Of a stretch of DNA of 64,000 nt, positions 23,918 to 37,119 are shown one piece after another (positions within the stretch are counted from its first letter, which is position 1; each line of letters opens with the position of its first letter). Origin of the DNA: Haliotis rubra (lineage: Eukaryota); assembly GCF_003918875.1 (NCBI RefSeq), contig NW_025765122.1, positions 62,001-126,000 of the forward strand, in the 5' to 3' direction. A program made the position numbers and the translations under genes. Below the pieces are notes generated by a model, which worked only from the letters and a program-made list of their open reading frames with translations, was not told where the DNA came from and did no database searches.

Positions 23918-24384
23918 TAGCGCAAAAATATTGTCCTCCTGAGAGGGTACGTAAGCCCCAAAACTTTCAAAGTAAAATATCAATTATCACATTTTAAAGG
24001 TAGTATTTTTGTTATTTTAACTGTTGGCTAAATTTTCCTACAATCGCCAGCGGCTGAAGGGATGGTGTAAATACAGCTAGGATCCATGCAGGTAGCAAAG
24101 GTAATGTAAGTCCCCATGGTTCCTATTTTGGTGATCTACCTTCAGTTTTTGGCGATCTATAGCCCAGTTTTACATTGTATTGTCCAAAAATAGTTTTGTA
24201 CTTTTAAAGATATATGCTAGCTAGTTTTAACTCAATCTGTGATAATCTAGTGGTTTTACTGTCCTTTGCTGACAGGGTTGTATATATTATATGTATGCAT
24301 TATAAATTTAGAACTAGTTTTAGTCACGATATGGCTGAAATATTGCCGATGTGACTTTAAATCTTAACTCACTCACTCACTCAC
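23918..24384 (+). mobile_element. Longest copy of a 5'-truncated (CACT)n-tailed retroposon; other copies ~12130-12390, 16437-16680, 17255-17555, 21750-22730, 25840-26100, 30565-30790, 34960-35310, 35574-35623, 37106-37433, 43222-43695
   Basis: Shared body (GGGATGGTGTAAATCCAGCTAGGGTCCATG...GTCACGATATGGCTGAAATATTGCCGATGTGAC) with variable 5' ends. TSDs of 12-13 bp, e.g. CTTAATTCGTTT here and TATGGTTGCAACC at 37093/37434. Confidence 0.85.
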
Positions 24385-26555
24385 TTAATTCGTTTAGGCA
24401 TTGCCGGTACGAGTATACAGCATTAGGGCCTGATAGTAACAAGTCCTTATAAGCGTGTTCCAGTACAGTTCTTAATTCGTTCACGCATTGCCGGTACGAG
24501 TATACAGTATTAGGGCCCCGATAGTAACAGTCTGCAGACCCGATCTAGCTTAATCCAACTAAGGAATTCCACTCACGGCTTATACGGACCATAACGCGTG
24601 ACCGTACAAAAAAAAATTCACTGACAACCGCCCGGCCGTTTGAAAACCACCCCTCGTGCATAAACACGGGGTCGATATTCATTCGTGATAACAGTGACTA
24701 TTACACCATGATTGTACGTGGGTAAGGGGTATCGCGGCAAATTGGCGAAAGAAATGTAACATAAAAATTAGTTTTTTTACAGAAATTAACTCATTAAGCT
24801 CGAGAGCCACTTCACTGATCAACACCTGGATCCCCTCGCTGACTGCCCAGTTCGCTGTGGCGAGTCTAATTGGTGCTATTCACACCTGATTTCCCTGGCA
24901 GGTTTCGGGGATGATAGGAAACTGTCTAGTTAATTTGGATTTGAAAATTATTCAAACATTTTACCACAAAACAGCTGGATTAAATTACTTCTTTTTCGTA
25001 CATCTAATCACCGTCTACCAGTTGAGGTCGACCTTTGGAATGGTGTACCTTTACACGAGCGTGTATGTACTCTCAGTAATACCTGTCGGTGAAGAAATAT
25101 CAAGCAAATTTAGAATGTCCCTATTTTGTTGATTCTAGAAACCAATTCATTAAATCTTACGTTTACAAAAGATCAAACTCTGTTAAGTTGTGGCAGTTGT
25201 TTCAAAATGAAAAAGTGGGTCAACTACGAAAACTTTGTATTTTTTTGTAACACTGTCAAGTCCAGATACAAGTCACAGGGAAGGTGAATTATAAAGTCAC
25301 TTTTTTTCTGTAACATTTATGTGAAAATTTAGATGTAAGTCCTCTGTGTAAAAGAAAGTACTATGTACTACTGTTTATTAGGCGTTATACTATGTTATAT
25401 GTCTTATATTCAGACGACCAGCCCTGTCACCAAAATGTATATAATCATTGTGATCTTCATATGCCGTTGTCTTACGGCCTGAAAAGCAATAAAATTCTGT
25501 TCAGTCATACAAACAAGTCCGGACTGTTTAATTGTGTCATAAAGATCTATGTGGAAAGACAGCAGGTGTGAATACATAACATTTAATGTCATTTTAAAGC
25601 CCTTTGGCGGGTTGTACATTTATATTTTATCAACGTATGTACAAGATGAGACATACATAAACAAATTCTCTCTATCATTGTGTGAGGTTTAATTTTACTA
25701 AAAAAAATCTATTCACATTACGGAATTATATATTATTGACAATGACAGATTGTAAAGAAGAAATTACTTACACGCTTTATAATCGTCTACGAAAGTAACT
25801 GTATTGCTAATACATTGCTTGTGTATACTGACTATTTTATAGTATTGTGATCTACCTTCAGTTTTTGGTGATCTATAGCCTATTTTTATATTATGCTGTC
25901 CCCTAAAGTTAAAATGTTTTAGATTTAATTACTAGTTTTACATGTATATCTGTGATATTCTAGTTGTTTTACTGTCCTTCGTCGGCAGGTTTTTATAATA
26001 TCTATATATATATTCTATTTAAATGTCAAATGTTCTCGTCACGATATAGCTGAAATATTGCCGATGTGACGTTAAATATTAACTCACTCACTCACTCACT
26101 GACTATTTTAAGGAAAGTACTAATACGCGAGTCTGTGAGAAACATAGAGCAGATACAACAACTTGGATAGAGATTGATTGCTGGCTATATCGTTGACCAA
26201 TCGGCTGTATCAACTCTAGCTATCATGTAACAGTTTGTGTATTGTAAACATACATAATCGCAACGATGTATGAAACTCGAAAGAAATGCTCATCTTTTTC
26301 TCAGTGCTACTAAATTGGTTGAAATAATAGGTATATTGTGATACAAAAGTAAAGACGGACATGTGCGTCACTCGCTGAATAAGAGGTGCTATCTATTGAC
26401 ACACATATGTGGCACTCTCTGTGATAAACTGCTAATTCCCTGACACATATATGCGTCATTCGCTGTGAGGAGCTGATTAATGTGTCTCACATACGCGGCT
26501 CCTGGCCTTAATGAGTTTTAAGGGTGGACAGGGTGTAATTGTGCGTTCACTGTAT

Positions 26556-26930
26556 AACTAGTCTAGACTGCGGACTTTGTGTACCCCTCTGTTAAGTGTT
26601 AATTGGCACGGCTTCCACTGCCGAAAGCTATGAAATACACAATGCCATTTTAAAAAATGTAACATATGTTATGTTTGGGATTTGCAATCTAGACTACCAG
26701 TTGTCCGACTTCCATTTTTGTGGAAGCCGCGGTGGCTGAGCGGTCTAGGCGTCTGACATTGTGTGCTGGCGATTAGGTGCCTGCCTCTGAGGGTGCGGGT
26801 TCGAATTCCGGCTGGGCCTCAACCCCAAAAGTACTAGAATCTGTACTTTACTAAGAAAGTGTAATCCCAAACGTAACATATGTAACATATGTTACATTTG
26901 ACCACTTTCTAAAATGGCATTGTGTATTTC
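26556..26930. mobile_element. tRNA-containing repeat with an inverted partial copy of itself; relatives at 37549-37842, 44548-44760, ~45205-45345
   Basis: Box A GTGGCTGAGCGG and box B GGTTCGAATTCC. 26632-26680 is the reverse complement of the 3' part 26863-26930. Confidence 0.65.
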
Positions 26931-27107
26931 CCGGAATATGCCTGGAAATATCCACACCAGTCCACACCACCAAAATACTAAACTGTACACCACTGCCCTG
27001 AGCTGAATCTTAACCGAAACAATGCAATGCAAGTACATTACCGTTTTACTTACTTGTTTTGGAATGAATAATACTGACAATGGTTTTAATATGATACACA
27101 TCTGCAG

Positions 27108-28566
27108 GTGGGAAGCAGAACCCAACGAAACCACCACAACATGAAGCTGACAAGCAGGAAAGTTCAGTTGAGAATCTACTCCATGATGCCTGTAAGCACG
27201 GGGACCTGGGTAAAGTGAGATGCATCTTGTTCCGGGCTGTGGTCGACGTCGACTGCAGAGATGAGAGAGGGACGACACCACTAATGCTGGCTGCACGAAT
27301 GGGGCACAGAAGAATATTTTCCTTTCTTATAAGAAAAGGAGCTAATGTATCACACGTTGATGAATTAGGCAGAAACGTCCTGCACTTGGCCTCCAGAGGA
27401 CATGTGGCTATGGTGAAGGAAGTATACGTAGTCACGCGATATTGTGTTGATGTCAACAGTAGAACATTGGCAGGGGAAACAGCCTTGATGATAGCTGTCT
27501 ATTACGGAAACAGAGATGTGGCCGAGTTCCTCGTCAGTAAGGGTGGTAATGTATCATTAGTAGACAAATTGGACAAAACCATTCTACACTGGGCTTGTAA
27601 AGGTAGACATGTGGAAATGGTGAAGTATGTAATCTCAAACTACAGTATTGATGTTAACAGTTGGTAGTAGAGGCAAGGCGAGCCCCCTGAAAGAGGTTGC
27701 ATTGAAAGGACACAAAGACGTTTTTGATGTTCTCGTGAGTATGGGGGCTAATGTGTCACAAGTAGATGAAGATGGCGACAACATCCTGCACGCGGCCTGC
27801 AGAGGGGGACATGTGGGTATGGTGGAGTATCTTGTCTCAAAATGCAGTATTGATATTAACAGCAGGGGACAATACGGAGCGAGCCCTCTAATGAAGGCTG
27901 GATATGCAGGACACAAAAACATTTTTTGATGTTCTCATTTGTATGGGAGCTGATGTGGCACAAGTGGATGACTCTGGCGATAACATCGTGCACTGGGTCT
28001 GTAGAAGGAGACATGGGAGTATGGTGAATTATCTATTCTCAAACTACAGCTTTGATATTAACAGCAGAGGCAGCACGGGGAAAACTCCCCTAATGTACGC
28101 TTCATTATTAGGTAACAGAGACGTTTTTGATGTTGTCGTGAGTTTGGGAGCGAATGTGTCTCAAGTGGATGATCACGGCGAAAACATTCTTCATCATGCC
28201 TCACATCGAGGACAAACGAAAATGGTTCAGCATATCATATCTCAAGACTTTGTGAACATTAACTGTAGAGGAAAATATGGAAGGACACCATTGATGTGGG
28301 CAGCGTGGTGTGGACATAGAAAAGTGTTTGGTCTGCTTGTGAGTGAAGGTGGTCTAACCGAGATGGTGGATGCTGAGGGTCACACAATCCTTCATCTGGC
28401 CTCTTTAGGTGGACGTGTGGATATGGTGAAGTACATTCTCTCACAGAACCTGGCCGACATTAACGCCATCGACAAGAATGGGAAAACAGCAGCCATGATA
28501 GCAAAGCGAAAGGCCCACTTTGAAGTGTATAACCTTCTGGTTTCACGAAGCCGTCCACCAATATAA
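27108..28566 (+). pseudogene. Terminal exon with ~13 ankyrin repeats; frameshifts near 27662 and 27925 (pseudogene or consensus errors)
   Basis: Acceptor CTGCAG|GT (phase 1). Repeated TPLMxAA..GH and NILHxAC..GH motifs across ORFs 27215-27667, 27648-27929 and 27904-28566. AATAAA at 28700. Confidence 0.85.
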
Positions 28567-29104
28567 ATGCAATCGTAAATTTGGAACAGTGAACAGTGAC
28601 TCGTGTTCTGCCAAAACCCTTTCTGGTGAACAATACTGATCATCACTGGCTCATGTATTTCTATAACTAACCATATTGTAAAAACGCATTGGTGTAATCA
28701 ATAAAATGCTATGAAATTTGTTCCCATCTAATGTGTCTCTTCTTTGTATGTAACATCTAGGCTGTCACAGGCTGAGGCCAGGTACAGCCCATTCAAACAA
28801 AGCTGAAGTCTATTTGCTTACTCCCAATTCCCCCATGCAAAAGGGACCTGATGACATTTCTGTGAATGGCAGGTTTCCACCGTCAACTTTGTCCTAATGT
28901 TAGACTTGTGGCAAAAAGTTCGGACTTAAACAAGACTGGTTTGTGATTACCTGAAGATCGGGGAGTGAATCTGAAAAATGTAGAATCCCTTATATTTAGA
29001 CTGTTTACTTATGTATTCTAGTGCAGTTAAAATTGCGTTTTATTCAATTCGTCTCTGAATGGAAGAGCTGTGTACGTGGTAATCCAGTGAGAGTGGCGCT
29101 GGCA

Positions 29105-29322
29105 CCCGTGAAGATCTGGGTTAGAATTTGTCTTTAGCATCCCATGCATGACGTAAGAGGCGACTAACGGGGATCGGTCAGGTCTGTCTCGATGACACGT
29201 CATTGTGTCGATGCTAATGATGTTGATCACGGGATAATCTTCTCCAGGTTCGTTTAATAACAGACCACCGCCATATAGTTAGAAGATGCTGAATGCGGCG
29301 TTAAACAACAAACAAGCAAAAC
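29105..29322 (+). mobile_element. ~300-bp SINE family; other copies 16750-16912(-), 38605-38750(-), 46765-47615(-, split), 54660-54825(+), 63066-63130(-)
   Basis: CCCGTGAAGATC-GGGTTAGAAT..GTAAGAGGCGACTAACGGGATCGG..CCGCCATATAG..GCGGCGTTAAAC shared among copies. Confidence 0.75.
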
Positions 29323-29382
29323 TCTAAATCGGCTCAAAGAACATCATTTTGGAAACACTGAGATTTTGTCCCAGTGCACAAA

Positions 29383-29740
29383 CCGCCTCCGTGGTGTAGT
29401 GGTTAGAGCGTCCGCCCGGAGAGCGGAAGGTCGCGGGTTTGATCCCCGACCGCGTCATACCAAAAGACGTTAAAATATGGTACTTGTTGGTCCCTGCCTG
29501 GCGCTCGGTGTTAATGGGTACATCAAGGACTGGTCGGCTTGGTGTCAGTATAATGTGTCTGAGTGGGGTATTCATGCTTCACTGCGGCATGGTATCGCAG
29601 TGGGAGAGCACTATAAAACCAGCTTCAGTCTGGGCTAGTACAAGCAGCCGCACATACACATACACACGCATGCACGTCGTCATATGAGCGAACTATTCTC
29701 AAGCACGACGTTAAACCCAATTTCACCTCACCTCACCTCT
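29383..29740 (+). mobile_element. Full-length Nin-domain tRNA-SINE; other copies 33138-33310(-), 33698-34044(-), 40039-40335(-)
   Basis: tRNA head (GGTGTAGTGGTT; GGTTTGATCCCC), GGTGTCAGTATAATGTG core, (CACCT)n tail, TSD CAGTGCACAAA. Confidence 0.85.
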
Positions 29741-31799
29741 CAGTGCACAAAACTTTAAATTCATGCAGAGGCATTGCAAATTGCCGTGCAAAGTGCTTCT
29801 CAGACATATCAGAGGAGGCGATTGCAACAGGGCTGAAGACTTTGAGTGTAACATCTGTGAAAAGGTTAACTGGGAGAGAGTGAGTTTGTTTGTTCGCCGC
29901 TATGAGCAATATTGCAGCATCATAACGGAGGGGAACACCGAAAATGGGCTTCACACATTGTACCCATGTGGGGAATGGCACCCGGATCTTCTGCGTGACT
30001 TTAACCATTATGTTACCCCACCGCCCCGGTTCACTAGGAAAGAAGGTGATAGAAATATAGAAATACAACACTTACCTGTTCACGTTTGCATTCTCAAAGA
30101 TCCCTTCTTCAATCAAAACAAGGTGTTTCAACATTGGGGTTGTGTATATACCAAGACATTTGTGATGTTTGTAACAACAAATAAGGACACGCACGGATTC
30201 TCAGGTTGACCGCATTTGGAGAAAAATGGGCATAATCTGTCATGATAAACATGCGCAAAACACTGAATTGCAAATGGAAATAAACGGAATTGTGCCACGA
30301 AGTGATATACATGAAATAAACCAGATTTTTTAGAATGTAATATATATAATCTCAACAATAAAATACCTTTCATTTCTGCCGCTAATATCGAACTTGAAAC
30401 ATATCTCCTTTCCGACTGCTTTCTTTTCCTCCTTGGCAGTTGGTGTGACCACAGTGGGATCTTACATTAACTAAATTTTAAAAATCTGAAACTAACCAAA
30501 TTATTTTCCATCAATAATATTATGAATTAAGAAACATTTATGGCAGTCATAAATCTATCTTTAGAATACGTGTTATTTTAATGTTCCCCTAAATTTATCA
30601 ATAATCGCCAACGTCTGAAGGGATTATGTAAATCCAGCTAGGGCCCATGCAGGTAGCAAAAGTACTGTAAGTCCCCATGGTCCCTAGTATAGTGATATAC
30701 CTTCAGTTGCTGGCGATACTCAGCCCATTATTATATTGTCCTGTCCTGATGAAAACACAATTTTAGAAATAGATGCTAGTTTTAATTTACTCATTCAGCC
30801 TGAAGACAAATCTCCCTTCAAAATGTATATTCTGCTGTTCTCTAAAGAGGAAGTGTCTGGCCAGCACCATACTGGACCAGGCGGATTTCGTTCAGTTTCT
30901 GCTCTGTCCTAAAAAAGGCAACATCTCAAACGTTTGAAACTGGACACGATCTTCTGAAGGTGTTCATGCCACCCTTCTAGACGGTTTTACGTGGGCCGGC
31001 TTGGACATTTGAACATTCACATTGGAGCTCCTGAGATCATTTCTGAAAGTTAGTCTCTTTCAATACTTTTGTAGAATGTACATATTCATTTGTTGTGTAC
31101 AGATATTGTGTTTAGGCTTTGATAATTTGGCTGCTTTGTCATATTGTAAATATTGAGTACTTTATGATAACTAATTGTGTTGCAGAATGTAATGCATTAT
31201 ATGTCTAATTATTTACAAACAGTATTCAATAATTCAGTAAGTTAAACATCAGTGTTAAACTTAATCTTTAAGTAATATACAGCTGATATATGAATGGGTA
31301 AATGTATGAATGCATGAATGTATAATGTATAAAAGTATGAATGCATAATGTGTGAATGTAAGAATGCCGCAGGGATTTACCATTATATATATTTCAAATG
31401 TTTCTCATTAATCAACAATAACTAAACGTATTTGTTTGTAGTGTTATTGCTGTCGTGCATTGTCATCAATGAAGTGTTGAGGCAATGTATATGAAATAGA
31501 TTAGCAATAATGATATTTTGTAAATGGTCATATTTAAAGATGATATTAATGATTGATATTATCTATCAGCATATATTTATGTTTTATCTAAAGAATGTTT
31601 TAATTGGTTCAGGGTTTTTACATGAACTATCAGAAATAAAGGGCCATAATGCGAACATCACCGTGTCTGTTCTAATGATGAAACAGTGCCGGTTACATAA
31701 TGAAGCTATTGTTTTTCCCGTGTGACATCACTTGATTAATGGTGCATACAGCTTACAAAACCACCAGACATTGGTGGAGGGCGTCAAACAATAAACGTG

Positions 31800-32545
31800 A
31801 TATGTACTAACAATGAATGAGCTCTTGACAACTCCTGGTATCAATTCCAAAATATCAGTCATTTAACAACGTTTGTGTAGATTAGATGAGGAAAAGTGGT
31901 TTTCAGAGCTTTGGGACGACAAAGGCAAGGTTAACGGTAATAAGTTACGCACTTACAGGTTGTTTAAAAAAGATTGTAGACCAGAACTGTATGTAAGATA
32001 TATTATGTCTAGACATAGGAGAAGTAATCTAAGTAAATTACGCTGTGGTATCTTACCTCTTAATATTGAAAATGGACGTTATAGCAAACCCCCCACACCC
32101 ATAAATCAAAGATTATGCCCCTTTTGTGACTCTGTAGAGTCTGAAGCCCATTTTCTTTTAAATTGTGCTTTTTACCATGATCTTAAAAGTAACTTTATAG
32201 ATCAATTTAGTTTTAGCCCAGATGATAGTGATCATCTGAAATTTATTATGATAATGAATACTACTGAAATCAAGGTTCGTAAACGTTTAGCTGATGCTAT
32301 TAACGATATGTTCCGTAGAAGGCAGTTACATTCTTAATATATTTTACCAATGTACTGTTTTATGTATGTCATGAATACAATCGTCCAGATTGTATATTGT
32401 ACATTTTTTTAGTTAAATTATTTTAGTAGTGTTTCGTAAGCCAATGTTATGGCTGGGTGATATGTGTTGTCTAGACATATGACATATTGTTTACCTGTAA
32501 CATATCACGTGTGACACTTTAATAAAATATTTCTGTCTGTCTGTC
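31800..32545 (+). mobile_element. 3' end of a non-LTR retrotransposon (L2/Crack/Daphne-like), ORF2 C-terminus 31873-32337
   Basis: KLRTYRLFK..LRCGILPLNIENGRY..RLCPFC..ESEAHFLLNC (CCHC). AATAAA and a (CTGT)n tail follow. Confidence 0.8.
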
Positions 32546-34470
32546 AACTCCGTCAATTGTTTGTAGAGTTCATCAAGTGTTTGTAGAGGCCGTTGTATCA
32601 CGTGACACCTACCAACTCGAATATGACGCGCACAGTGAGATTCCACATTGTATTGTGACACAGAGTATTATGACTGGCAGATGGATACGAAATGGATGCA
32701 CGTGTGGTAAGTACGGTGCTTAAGTGACCTATTGGTTAGAATATACACGTGGATTTTCTAACAACGCTTGCAACAGAGAAACTTCACGCAAAAGAATTTA
32801 GTAACTTTCTAAAAAACCTACGTGTGAAAGTTGAAGCTTGTTTGATGGTAACTGTGATATTTTGTTTTTGGTTTTGTTACAAAGAAACAGAAATCAATAA
32901 TTAATATTGACATGCATCCGATATATTCAAAAATAATATGTACTACTCACAAGGTGTGAAGGGTCAAAGGTAGATTTCAGCATTTAATTTAATTATGCAA
33001 ATTAATTAATTAGCAAACGTATAAAACAGAATTTCCAAGCATGAATATGGTCAGAATTGGTTTATTCGGTCCTAAGGCTTAGCACTGTGTGCAAATCATA
33101 TGCTCTATGCAAACTTAATGATTGTAAGCATCCTTCAGTACTAGCCCAGACTGAAGCTGGTTTTATAGTGCTAGCCCACTGAGATACCATGCCGCACTGA
33201 AGCATGAATACCCCACTCAGACACATTATACTGACTCCGAGCCGACCAGTCCTTGTTGTACCTATTAATGCCGAGAGCCTGGCAGGGACCAACAAGTACC
33301 ATATTTTTGTCTATAGCATTGTGCAATCAACAGACATCATAACATGTCATGTGTACAAGTATCACACCTGCCTGTCTTTGTAATTACATAATGTGACAGA
33401 GACAGAATTCAGGTCTACGTTTATGGTGTATAGCCTGATAGGTGTTAAGTTCAAATTGCATGTGGTCAGTGATCGAAGTTGTGTGTTGCATATTGTCATT
33501 AGCAGACAGGAAGGCAGACAAATAGGTGTCAATGAAACAGACATTGAGTTTTGTCTGTGGCAGAGGCATATCTATATCACAGTTAGCAATTCTGACAATG
33601 CTAAATAATTTATTTGACACTGACCTAATTTCTAGAAATTGAAAGCAATGTGTACGCTGGTGAGATTCCACACACAGCATTTCCACACATACGCGTTGGT
33701 GAGGTGAGGTGAGGTGAAATGGGGTTTAACGTCGTATCTAAGAATATTTCGGTCATATGACGACGTACACGCGTGTGTATGTGTGGCTGCTTGTACTAGC
33801 CCAGACTTAAGCTGGTTTTATAGTGCTAGCTCACTGAGATACCATGCCGCAGTTAAGCATGAATACCCCACTACTACCTCCTAGCGGACCAATCCTTGTT
33901 TTACCCATTAATACCGATCGCCAGGCAGGGAACAACAAGTACCATATTTTAAGGTCTTTTGGTATGATGCGGTCGGGGATCGAACCCGCGACCTTCCGCT
34001 CTCCGGGCGGACGCTCTAACCACTACACCAAGGGAGGCGGTTTCTAAATTCAGAAAGATCTGGAAAGTATTGTGCCTTTAGATCCAGCAAGGGGCTGTGG
34101 CCTGCTGTATTTAGACCTGTACAAAAATTAGACAGAAAGAGTACTGCACGGTGCTGGTCTACTATCTGAGAGTGAGTGAGTTTTAGTTTTACGCCGATAT
34201 TGGCAATATTCCAGCAATATCACGGCGGGGAACACCAGACATGGGCTTCACACACTAACTCAGAGAGTATTGTAGACCATCTAGACATGTTCGTGTAAAT
34301 GTAATTGGAGCCGTCCATCTAACTTGACATCTCAAGTCGCGGGAAGACAAGCATATTGAATAATGATCATTATACCCCGCGGTCTGGGCCAGTTTTGTAT
34401 GATGGATTACTCTTGCTTGGATGTACATATTAAATATCAACATCACGGTTAGAATTGCCATAATCATTGC

Positions 34471-34858
34471 CAGGGCTGTGCAATATAACCGGTTTACCGG
34501 TATTTACCGGTTCAGACATGAAAACGATACGTATTGCGATACGCTGATCGAAAACCGGTATTTTTACTTCCATTCGGAAAACGTCGTAACACTCGGAAAT
34601 CTTCGGATATTTCCTTGTTACATTTGTGCCAAATATTATTCACATTTTAATTTTATCATGATTAAAAGTTGTTATTAAAGCTTAATCAAGCATAGTAAGT
34701 TTGTTGTGTTTTTGCTCTATAAATCAAGCAGTAACGCGATTATAAGTAGTGTTTTGTTTAAAAATATGTCATGCAATATATTGCAATACATATCGCAATA
34801 CATGCTTTCGCATCGCAATATATCGCAATATGAATATTTCCTGCAATACCCACCCCTA
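34471..34858. mobile_element. hAT-type MITE
   Basis: CAGGG...CCCTA termini, 8-bp TSD ATCATTGC/ATCATAGC, subterminal ACCGGT and ATCGCAATA repeats. Confidence 0.7.
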
Positions 34859-35772
34859 ATCATAGCCATTGTTTTATAATACCTTTGAATTTTTATAGCA
34901 GTCTAGATCCTACTGTCATAGTGGTACTTTTGTAGTGATTTATATTCATTTGTGAACCGTATAAATCCAGCTAGGGTCCATGCAGGTAACAAGGGACTGT
35001 TAGTCCCCATGGTCCCTAGTATGGTGATCTACCTTCGGTTGCTGGAGATCTATAGCCTGTTTTTTTATATTGTACTGTCCAAATTTGAATTCAGTTTTAG
35101 AGATAGATACTAGTTTTATTTTTTATGTCTGTGATATTCTAGTTGGTTTTACTGCCCTTCGTTCACAGGCTTTTAATATTTACTATCAATAATTATAAAC
35201 CTATAATTTGACATGTATTTACATGTATTTATGATGAAGTTACAAACTTGTTTTAGTCACGATATTGCTGAAATATTGCCGATGTGACTCACTAACACGC
35301 TCACTCATTGGTGAACCTAGTCAATTGTAGAATATCGTATTTAAATACATCACATATCTCTTTGGTTTGCTGGTTTCACAACTGTTTTTCTATGGGCTGA
35401 TTCCCGTTTTGTTCAGCAACAATGTAGGGAACAAACACTCAAGGGAAATATATTTTATGGACGAAAATGTGTATATGTCTAGCCGTCCATTCACCTCATG
35501 AAGGAGCAAGCTTAAGCACATGCTCTGAAATGTCTTTTTGCACAAAGATGTTCACATCTATACATTTTCTCCCACGATATGGCTGAAATATTGCCGATGT
35601 GGCGTAAAATTGTAACTCACTCACATTTTCTCCCGCTGACACCCGGTGGTATGTAGTGAGTGAGCATGGCGAGTATGATTATTATTTGTGTCCTATTTCA
35701 TGGTGTTTCAGATATATAGATTCAACATACCAGACCAGTCAGCCACAGAACAAATAATCCGTAATCGTGAAT

Positions 35773-35937
35773 ATGAAAACCAACAAAAGCCGCACAATGA
35801 TAGACATGGTATTGCCTCTGTATACGTCAGACTCAACGGATGGCAACGTGGAACGAGGTGTCCAGAACACGCATGTGCAACTGACTTCAGATTATGCTGA
35901 GGAGCATCCTCAGATTGAGTCTCGTTCATCTGTTACA

Positions 35938-35973
<36 letters not shown>

Positions 35974-37119
35974 TGTAACTTTATAGGTATTCGGAACAAC
36001 CACAACGAAGTGAAACTCACTAAGGCATGTGATGACTTAGCATCAAGTGCAGGAGAGAGGTGTTGTGTTTCTCCTCCAAGAATACAAGAAGGAATAGAAC
36101 AAGTCTCCGTTTTGGGGCCTCCGAATCAAGGTGTAAGGCGGAGCTCATTGTTTAGAAACATTACCGACTGTAAGGTCGAGGCGGTAAAACACTGTCTCCA
36201 AACAAGCACAGAAGCAGGTCAATATCTAGAGCCATGGTTATTTGTAGCCGCTAAAGCAGGCAACGTACAAGTATTCAGATTGTTGATGAACTGTGGTTTT
36301 AATCCAAGCAAGAGACTAAGATTTGGACAAGCACCTATGCATTATGCAGCATACTATGGCAATGTGAATATCGTCCAGTTCCTGATACGCAGTGGTCAGT
36401 CTGTGGACCTAAAAGACGCAATGTCCAACACTCCAATCCATTATGCTGTCGATACACGTCGGGACAATAGGAACATGATTGAGTTTCTTGTCCATTGTCA
36501 CATGAATGAAAAGATGGTTTCAGATTTCCTTAATATCAAAAGCGAATCTGGGGCATCACCACTACTAATAGCCATTTGGAGAAGGAATTTTGAGCATGTT
36601 AAATGTCTGTGTGAATTGGGTGCCGTACCAAGGTTTGATGACTGTCACATGGCAGTGCTTAAACACGATGTGGAGATTCTTGTGTACCTTTTGCAGAGAA
36701 ATGCGCCTTTGACAGAAGATGGAGGTGCTTGCATAGCATCTGGCTCCCATTCTGAGATTGGGAACAGTAACGAAGAAGACAGTTTATTACATTTGGCATG
36801 TGAAATAGAAAATCCGAACGTGAGGTATCAGATAGTACGCACTCTTTTAGCAAATGGGTATGAAATCAGAAGAAACTTCCGATGGATATGTGACTCCGAC
36901 ATTTCAGTGTGTCAGAAGCACAAAGGGAAGACATTGTACAATTACCTGAGAACATGCATATCAAGTGTCCACGCGCTGACATATCTAGCCTCTGTCAAGA
37001 TCCGACAACACATGGGCCAGTCTTTACCATCAGTTGTGGACAGGCTTCCTGTTCCTGAACCAGTGAAAGACCTCATCAAGCTGACTGACACTTATGGTTG
37101 CAACCAAGGGATGGTGTAA
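35773..37119 (+). CDS. Ankyrin repeat and SOCS box-containing protein (single coding exon)
   Basis: Open ~448-aa frame. Poly-Asp from (GAT)n at 35938-35970. Ankyrin repeats APMHYAAYYGN, TPIHYAV, SPLLIAI and SLLHLAC. C-terminal SOCS box LTYLASVKIRQHM..VDRLPVPEPVKDLI. Acceptor at 35711 suggests an upstream non-coding exon. Confidence 0.85.

Noticed and set aside
26724-26815. tRNA-Leu gene (likewise the tRNA-like heads at 29385, 41265, 48050 and 58925)
   Set aside because: A and B boxes continue into shared repeat bodies, most with tails and TSDs. These are SINE or repeat heads, not cloverleaf genes.
26892-27922. Minus-strand ORFs of 95-136 aa
   Set aside because: Antisense shadows of the ankyrin exon.
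32670-32706. Upstream coding exon for the ankyrin-SOCS gene (donor GTAAGT at 32707)
   Set aside because: Splicing to 35712 gives immediate stops from both ATGs. At most a 5'UTR exon, and unsupported without RNA data.
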